Shown: piece after piece, positions 1 to 5,244 of the stretch
Numbering within the stretch: position 1 is the stretch's first letter
Layout of the letters: every line of letters begins with the position of its first letter
Notes under the pieces: model-generated
Database searches by the model: none
Told to the model about the DNA's origin: nothing
Seen by the model: only the letters and a program-made list of their open reading frames with translations
Source of the DNA: Octopus sinensis
Lineage: Eukaryota
Length of the DNA: 5,244 nucleotides
Direction of reading: 5' to 3'
Assembly (NCBI RefSeq): GCF_006345805.1
Contig: NW_021830102.1
Coordinates: forward strand, 1-5,244
Translations under genes and position numbers: made by a program

Positions 1-464
1 GGTGATGGTAGATGTAGCGATTATGGAGATGGTAATAATGGTGGTGATGTTGATGGTGGTGGTGGTGGTGGTGGTGGTAGTGACGGTTGTTGTTGAGGTT
101 TTGTTGGTTGCATGCAGTTGTTATGGTGTTGGCGATGGTGATGACGATGGTGGTGATGAGGATGGGGGTGATGGGGATGGTGGTGATGGTTATGGTGGTG
201 GTGGTTATGGTGGGATGGTGGTGATGAGGATGGTGGTGATGGGGATAGTGGTGATGACGATGGTGGTGATGACGATGGTGGTGATGGTTATGGTGGTGGT
301 GGTTATGGTGGGATGGTGGTGATAAGGATGGTGGTGATGGGGATGGTGGTAAAATGAGTGGTGGTGGTAGTTGCTGACAACAGTGTGGTGGTGGTGGTGG
401 TGGTTGGCAGTGGTGGTGGCGGCGGCAGTAGTGGAATGCTAATGATAGTAGTGATGGGGGGGGG
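1..464 (+). repeat. Degenerate (GGT/GAT)n trinucleotide microsatellite array
   Basis: Runs of GGT, GAT, GTT and GGC triplets ending in a G9 run (456-464). ORF 2..322 is its low-complexity translation. Confidence 0.95.
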
Positions 465-803
465 TCTTGGCGTCTGATCGTTGTTGTCTTACCCCCTCCG
501 AGATTAATCCTGATGAAGCAGAACCATCCCACCCTTGACCATCCCGGCTTTAGAACTCAGATCTAAATTATCTTATTGAATCTTCCTTCCGTATTTAAAA
601 CAATTACAATGAGGTGCAAATAGAGAAAGATTTGACTGCTGTTTCTAGCAAGATGAGCGTCCACTTTTGAGATTTTCTCGTTGCTTCTTCCTAGCCACGC
701 TTGTCGTTGTTTAACCCTTGGTCAGCTGTGACACTGAAACCAGAACCATATGGCTGGAAAGACATCTTTTTACCACACGGCCACAACTGCGCCTATGGCG
801 AGC

Positions 804-815
804 TGGCAGAAACGT
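804..815 (+). promoter_or_regulatory. RNA polymerase III internal promoter A box of the SINE
   Basis: TGGCAGAAACGT resembles the TRGCNNARYNG consensus and lies 7 nt after the SINE 5' end. Confidence 0.7.
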
Positions 816-865
816 TAGCACGCCGGGCGAAATGCGTAGCCGTATTTCGTCTGTCGTTACGTTCC

Positions 866-878
866 GAGTTCAAATTCC
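866..878 (+). promoter_or_regulatory. RNA polymerase III internal promoter B box of the SINE
   Basis: GAGTTCAAATTCC matches the GTTCRANNC-type consensus, 50 nt downstream of the A box. Confidence 0.75.
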
Positions 879-1114
879 ACCGAGGTCGACTTTGCCTTTC
901 ATCCTTTCGGGGTCGATAAATTAAGTACCAGTTACGCACTGGGGTCGATGTAATCGACTTAATCCCTTTGTCTGTCCTTGTTTGTCCCCCTCTGTGTTTA
1001 GCCCCTTGTGGGTAGTAAAGAAATATATATGGGTAGCCTTTTTCGACAAGCGAATCGCACTATTAAAAAAAAATTCAAGGTAAATGTTTCGTTAGGCGGA
1101 CCTAGCAAAAGAAA

Positions 1115-1144
1115 GTCCCGCGGGCCGTACTTCGCCCATGACTG
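1115..1144. mobile_element. Terminal segment of a hAT (Charlie-like) non-autonomous DNA transposon; inner extent uncertain, possibly back to about 1031
   Basis: GTCCCGCGGGCCGTACTTCGCCCATGACTG resembles the Charlie-type end GGCCCGCGGGCCGTAGTTTGCCCACCCCTG. It is followed by ACCTAGAC (1145-1152), which fits the NTCTAGAN-type 8-bp target preference. No matching opposite end found in the window. Confidence 0.6.
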
Positions 1145-1223
1145 ACCTAGACGTTTCCTTATTGGCTCGTGCTGGTTGTAGGGTTTGGCGGCAGCACGAT
1201 TGGAGCCCCGGGAATTGCAAGAC

Positions 1224-1541
1224 AGTGGTGATAGAAGTGGGGAAGAATGACAATAGGATGGTGATGGTATTGTTGCTGTTGATGGTGATGATGGTGGTGG
1301 TGGTGGCAGTAGTAGGGTGTACTGGTAGTGGTGGTTGCAAGAAGTCTTAGTAGTAGTGGTTGTGGTGGTAGTGGAGGTTGTGGTGGTGAGAGTGGTTGTC
1401 GTGGTAGTAATGGTGGCGGCGGTTGAAGATGTATTGTCATTAGTAGTGATGGTGGTGATGGTGGCGGTGGCGGTGCTGGTGGCAGTGGACATGCTGGTGG
1501 CGGTGGTAGTGTTAATGATTCTGGTGGTGGCAGCTGTGCTG

Positions 1542-1573
<32 letters not shown>

Positions 1574-1758
1574 GTTGGTAGTGGTGGTGGGGATGACGGT
1601 GATGGTAACAATGATGGCGGTGCGGTGGCGGTCATGGTAGTGGTGGAGATGATGGTGATCGTAGGGATGATGGTGGTGGTGTTGGTGGTGGTAGTGGTGA
1701 TGGTGGTTGTAGCAGTGGAGATGATGGTGGTGGTGGTGGTAGTGATGGTGGTGATGTT
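1224..1758 (+). repeat. Degenerate (GGT/GAT/TAG/TTG)n trinucleotide array
   Basis: Continuous triplet repeats. ORFs 998..1492, 1092..1340, 1159..1635 and 1335..1640 (poly-T/P/H/V) are its translations. Confidence 0.95.
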
Positions 1759-1891
1759 ACACTAGAAACAAGTTTCTAATCTTATGGCGCCTGCACGCGT
1801 CCAAGAGCCCCTAGAGAAATTACTCTGAGTAAAGCAGAGCTTATTTTATTGGCCCCGTGATCGCCGGAGCAGTAGAGTGTCTGCTTTGTTC

Positions 1892-2337
1892 GTGTGTGTG
1901 TATGTGTGTGTGTGTGTGTGTGTATGTATGTGAGTGTGTGTGTACATGTGTGTGTGTGCGTGTGTGTGTATGTGAGTGTGTATGTCTGCGATTGTATGTG
2001 CCTGCATGTATGTGTATGTATATGTGCATGTATGTGTGTGTGTGTGTGTGTATGTGTGTGTGTGTGTGTGTGTGTGCGCGTGTGTGCATACGTATATGTG
2101 CGTGTATGTGAGTATGTCTGCTTGTGCGTGTGTGTGTGTGTGTGTATGTGAGTGCGTATGTTTGCGATTGCATGTGTGTGCATGTGTGTGTATGTATATG
2201 TGCATGTGTGTGTATGTATACGTGCATGTATGTGAGTGTGTGTGTGTGTATGTGTTTATCTGAGTATATGTGTATGTTGTTGTGCGTTGCTTGTAGGCGT
2301 GTTGTGGCAGTGTTTTGTATGTTTGAATGTGCTTGTG

Positions 2338-2370
<33 letters not shown>

Positions 2371-2650
2371 TGTGTATGTGTGTATCTCTGTGTGTATGAA
2401 CATATGTGTGTGTGTGCGCGCACGCGAGATGTGTTTCTATGTTAATTATGTGAGTGTGTGTGTGTGTGTGTTGGGTGGCTGCGTATGTTGTGTCTGGCCG
2501 TGTACATGTGTGTCTGTGTGCGTTTATGTGTGTGTGTACGTGTGTAAGTGTCTGTGTGTTGAATTTCTCTCACTGTCTGACTGTATGTGTATGTGTAGTT
2601 GCACCTCGATCAATTGATTCTGCGTATAGCAATGTGTATGTCTGTATGCG
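1892..2650 (+). repeat. Compound degenerate (TG)n/(TATG)n microsatellite
   Basis: About 760 nt of alternating TG with TATG, TGCA and TGAG variants. All (CV)n and (HT)n ORFs derive from it. Confidence 0.95.
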
Positions 2651-2684
2651 TTTATGGTCGTGCAGTAGTTAGTCTGGGTGACGT

Positions 2685-2747
<63 letters not shown>
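2685..2747 (+). repeat. Perfect (TCTA)15 (GATA/Bkm-type) tetranucleotide microsatellite
   Basis: 15 uninterrupted TCTA units (2685-2744) plus TCT. Confidence 0.97.
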
Positions 2748-2760
2748 GTAGATATTCTGC

Positions 2761-2817
2761 TCCCCCTTCTCTCTCTCCTCTCCCCCCCTCTCTCTCCCCT
2801 CTCCCCCCTCTCTCTCT
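2761..2817 (+). repeat. Pure polypyrimidine (CT/C)n tract
   Basis: 57 nt made only of C and T. Confidence 0.93.
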
Positions 2818-3094
2818 ATATATATATATATACATGCATATATATATATATATACATATTTATATAAATATATACATATATATGTATATACGTATATGCA
2901 TGTATGTGTATATATATATAAGTATATATGTATATTACATATGCATATATATGTGTGTGTGTGCATATATATATTATACATATGTATATATTATATATAT
3001 ATATAATATATATATATATATATTAATATATATATATATATATTATATATATGTGTATGTGTGTGTGTGGTGTTACATATGTATACATATATAT
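2817..3094. repeat. Degenerate (TA)n microsatellite with short TG inserts
   Basis: TA-dominated alternating sequence. ORFs 2678..3208 and 2742..2981 ((IY)n) are its translations. Confidence 0.93.
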
Positions 3095-3176
3095 TCCACT
3101 CTCAGGCTCAATTTTGAGCACTTTAGTCTAAGCAAACAGACATATCTTCTTTTTCAATTAGTCACACCCTGGAAGT

Positions 3177-3180
<4 letters not shown>

Positions 3181-3214
<34 letters not shown>

Positions 3215-3220
3215 TATATA
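3181..3220. repeat. (TA)n microsatellite abutting the mariner terminus
   Basis: Near-perfect TA run ending in TA at 3219-3220, immediately before the element end. Confidence 0.93.
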
Positions 3221-4118
3221 CGCGATGGAATCAAAAGGTACCCGGATTAGTTATGTTTGGTAAAAAATAAATGACTTATTTACCTAAGTTTTATCATCAT
3301 CTCCTTCGAGATAGTTACCTTGCGCAGCAAAAGACTGGTTCCAGCGTCTCTATCACTTTTAGAATCCACCCTGGGAGTTGTTTTCCGTGAGCAAATCGAG
3401 GAGCTTCTGCGATTCGCTATTGATCTTGATAACGATTTTTTAAAAGGCGATCTTTGTGCCCCCTTTTCATTCTGGGGGAAAAGAGACGGAAGTTCGCAGG
3501 TGTTAAATCTGGCGAATAATATGGCGGTCTGCCGAAGCGATACCCCGTTGCTTTTTTGGCGAAAATCTAACGAGTGAGGAGAACTTGCTAACAGAGTGCA
3601 TTGTAGTCGTGAAGAGTCCAATTCTTCGCACTCCAAAGGCCCAGCCGCTTTCGATGAATATCCTCGCTCAAACACTTTAAAACGGCGCAGCAGAACTTGT
3701 GATTGACGGTCTGGCTCTGGGAAGGAATTCTCGATGCACAATACTACCAATGTCGAAAAAATAATGAGCATGCTCTTGTTTGAGCTGCGGCTCTGTCAAG
3801 CGCTTGAGCCGCTCGAAACATTGTGTATGATGCCTCTGTAAGCTTGCCGAAGCATGCTCAATGTCTCTGTAGTAGACTTCTCAAGTATAACGCAAAAATT
3901 CACGTTGGCTCTTTGTTCCAACTTCCTGTACAAGACAAAAACCATAGACTACAGCATACACGTGATCACAAAAAAGAAAAAAATCACAACTTGCGAAGTA
4001 AACACATCATTGTCACTCATGAAGGTCACTGCTAGCACTCACTGCGCATGCAACCGTGTGCTGCCATCTGTTGGCGCACTACAGAACTATCCCAGGGAAT
4101 TTTACACTGACAGACGCG
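3221..4118 (-). mobile_element. Internally deleted, decayed Tc1/mariner (mariner, DD34D-type) DNA transposon
   Basis: Transposase remnants on the minus strand (see the pseudogene entry). The left end is TA|CGCGATGGAATCAAAAGGTACCCGGATTAGTT (3221-3252). The right end (4085-4118) reverse-complements to CGCG...AAAATTCCCTGGGATAGTT, a degenerate TIR match. About 900 bp versus about 1.3 kb for typical full-length mariners. The right boundary is approximate. Confidence 0.88.
3284..3933 (-). pseudogene. Mariner transposase pseudogene (frameshifts, stops, internal deletion)
   Basis: Manual minus-strand translation across frames gives, in order: KLEQRANVNFCVILEKSTTETLSMLRQAY (3924-3838, N-terminal HTH), TQCFERLKR (3826-3800), QSRSSNKSMLIIF/FDIGSIVHREFLP/QSQTVNHKFCCAVLKCLSEDIHRKRLGLWSAKNWTLHDYNA (ending at 3597), PPYYSPDLTPANF (3527-3489, YSPDL motif), and RRWNQSFAAQGNYLEGD (3349-3299), with a stop at 3286-3284. 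The putative start is decayed to TTG (3933-3931). The two retained catalytic Asp positions read Tyr and Asn. Confidence 0.92.
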
Positions 4119-4167
4119 CACGCACACACACACACACTCACACACACACACACACAATACATACACA
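4119..4167 (+). repeat. (CA)n microsatellite
   Basis: CA run with CT and TA interruptions directly after the mariner right end. Confidence 0.93.
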
Positions 4168-4472
4168 ATAAAGTCACAGGAAGCATCACTGAATAAAATA
4201 TAGGTACGTTCTGTCATATTTAGACATGTTCTTGTACATTCGGTGGTAGCAAGACCAATCGCTATGGAAAGCGTATTGTTTCCTCTAACATAAAAGTCTT
4301 GCTCGACGAGTATGGAAAGTGCCCGAATCCTTTAAGTGAAGGAATATCGTTTGTTACTAATTCACTATTACTGCATGTTTTACTTACATCTAACAAATGT
4401 ATACTGAACACTTCGTGCGCTTTTACAAAAAAAAAATACACATACTATGCATATATATGTATATATAAGGAT

Positions 4473-4530
4473 AAAGACACACTTCGGTCAGGAATGACCA
4501 TGGGATTGCACCTAGAAAGTTCCCTTCCGA
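4473..4530 (+). mobile_element. Probable short fragment of an RTE-related interspersed repeat (5' region)
   Basis: ACTTCGGTCAGGAATGACCATGGGATTGCACCTAGAAAGTTCCCTTCCGA resembles, from memory only, the 5' region of RTE-type elements or derived SINEs. The similarity stops at about 4530. Confidence 0.45.
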
Positions 4531-4531
4531 A

Positions 4532-4592
4532 GAGTAGCATTACTGATGAGCATTAATTTCATGCGAAATTGGCGTGCTAATCTGTTGCCCTC
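4532..4592 (+). ncRNA. Type I hammerhead ribozyme
   Basis: Core CUGAUGA (4543-4549). Stem II GCAU/AUGC (4550-4553 with 4561-4564), 7-nt loop. GAAA (4565-4568). Stem III AUUGG/CUAAU (4568-4572 with 4577-4581, one G-U pair), loop CGUG. Cleavage triplet AUC (4580-4582). Stem I GCAUUA/UGUUGC (4537-4542 with 4583-4588; one U-U mismatch, one U-G pair), extended by GAG/CUC (4532-4534 with 4590-4592). Confidence 0.85.
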
Positions 4593-4647
4593 GCTTACTG
4601 TCAGAAGGTTGTCTCCCTTGTCTGCTGTGAGGAGGTTATCTCCATTG
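4590..4647 (+). repeat. Two-copy 27-bp tandem duplication
   Basis: CTCGCTTACTGTCAGAAGGTTGTCTCC (4590-4616) versus CTTGTCTGCTGTGAGGAGGTTATCTCC (4617-4643) match at 20/27 positions. The periodicity continues to 4647. Confidence 0.85.
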
Positions 4648-4818
4648 GCAGTACATAGAACCGTGTTTTGTTCGTTGCTAAAGAGTCTTTGACTCTTGTT
4701 TCTAGCAATGCTGGTGCTGTTCTGCCTCCTTAGTCACTTTTAGTGGCAGTGAAGCTTTTCCTTTTTGGTTTTAAATTGCGTCTAGCTTCCATCCGTCTAT
4801 ATATGGATGTGTGTCTGC

Positions 4819-4858
4819 TGTATATGTATGTGCGTGCATGTGTGTGTGTGTGTGTGTG
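4819..4858 (+). repeat. (TG)n microsatellite
   Basis: TATG and TGCG lead-in followed by a pure TG run. Confidence 0.9.
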
Positions 4859-4957
4859 CATTGCTGAAAAATATTGTAACCGCAGGCACACGCAAATATC
4901 TATTCATTGGTCCAATTTACAATTCATTTATATACTTTTGATCTTACATACATATGA

Positions 4958-5012
4958 ACACACTCACACACAGACACAGACACAGACACAGACACAGACA
5001 CACACTCACACA

Positions 5013-5044
<32 letters not shown>

Positions 5045-5052
5045 TACACACA
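4958..5052 (+). repeat. (CA)n microsatellite containing (CAGACA)5
   Basis: CA run with five CAGACA hexamers at 4971-5000. A short GA-rich tract follows (about 5056-5086). Confidence 0.93.
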
Positions 5053-5244
5053 AAATGAGAGAGCAAGAGCGAGGGAGGGAGAGAAAGGATGGTCAATAAG
5101 AACTGTATTCTGAGAATTGTAGATGTGACTGAGTTTAGACAAATAGATGAAGAACTTAAGTAAACAAAGGGGGTGGGAACGGTAATAGGAAACAATAGTG
5201 GTAGTGGTAGTGGTGGGGGTGGGGACGGTGATTGGGTTGCTCTA

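Larger units (their letters stand above)
797..1024 (+). mobile_element. tRNA-derived SINE (octopus-type, with Meta/MESC-like central domain)
   Basis: Starts GGCGAGCTGGCAGAAACGTTAG with a pol III A box (804-815) and B box GAGTTCAAATTCC (866-878). The central segment GAGGTCGACTTTGCCTTTCATCCTTTCGGGGTCGATAAATTAAGTACCAG (882-931) resembles the Meta SINE core as I recall it. The 3' end is ...GTAGTAAAGAAAT followed by ATATAT. No clear TSD. Confidence 0.85.

Noticed and set aside
510-516. Second CTGATGA hammerhead-like heptamer
   Set aside because: No stem II followed by GAAA and no NUH with stems I/III, so there is no tandem hammerhead partner in the window.
797-880. Possible tRNA gene
   Set aside because: A/B boxes are present but there is no convincing cloverleaf, and it continues into a SINE body and tail.
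701-924. ORFs 701..919 and 718..924
   Set aside because: They read through the SINE head and have no protein-family features.
3106-3119. GCTCAA-TT-TTGAGC inverted repeat
   Set aside because: A 6-bp stem with a 2-nt spacer is expected by chance and has no supporting context.
2-3208. Low-complexity ORFs (poly-V/G/T/P/H, (CV)n, (HT)n, (IY)n), and similar ones at 4743-5195
   Set aside because: They are translations of microsatellites, which lack stop codons in several frames; there is no independent coding evidence.
3320-3577. Plus-strand ORF with RSKR and PFSFWGKR, resembling a neuropeptide precursor
   Set aside because: It lies antisense to clear mariner transposase motifs, so the cleavage and amidation-like motifs are coincidental.
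3280-3771. 163-aa minus-strand ORF with a signal-peptide-like N-terminus and an AAG|GTAACT donor-like site at 3319/3318
   Set aside because: Only MLIIF is in the transposase frame; the rest is an off-frame reading of the mariner pseudogene. The 'donor' is the QGNY codons of the transposase C-terminus.
3854-4171. Plus-strand ORF containing THCACN (cystine-knot-like CxC)
   Set aside because: It is antisense to the mariner N-terminus and 5' UTR and runs into (CA)n; the rest of a knot pattern is absent.
4690-4692. TGA as possible selenocysteine or readthrough into a hydrophobic stretch (LLFLAMLVLFCLL)
   Set aside because: No recognisable SECIS or selenoprotein motif; T-rich sequence readily yields hydrophobic translations.

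Overview
Eukaryotic, gene-poor, microsatellite-dense genomic DNA, probably from an octopus or other cephalopod; this is inferred from resemblance to repeat families I recall, not from a search. No intact protein-coding gene is supported, and most ORF-track entries are translations of (GGT)n, (TG)n, (TA)n or (CA)n repeats. The non-repeat islands hold: a tRNA-derived SINE with intact A/B boxes (797-1024); an orphan hAT/Charlie-type terminus (1115-1144); an internally deleted, decayed mariner transposon on the minus strand (about 3221-4118); a probable short RTE-related fragment (4473-4530); and a type I hammerhead ribozyme fold on the plus strand (4532-4592). The hammerhead has a complete catalytic core and is followed by a 27-bp tandem duplication and a stem-loop, which suggests a Penelope-like or retrozyme-type retroelement remnant. 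Hammerheads in animal retroelements are an established class, so any novelty would be in this particular family or host.
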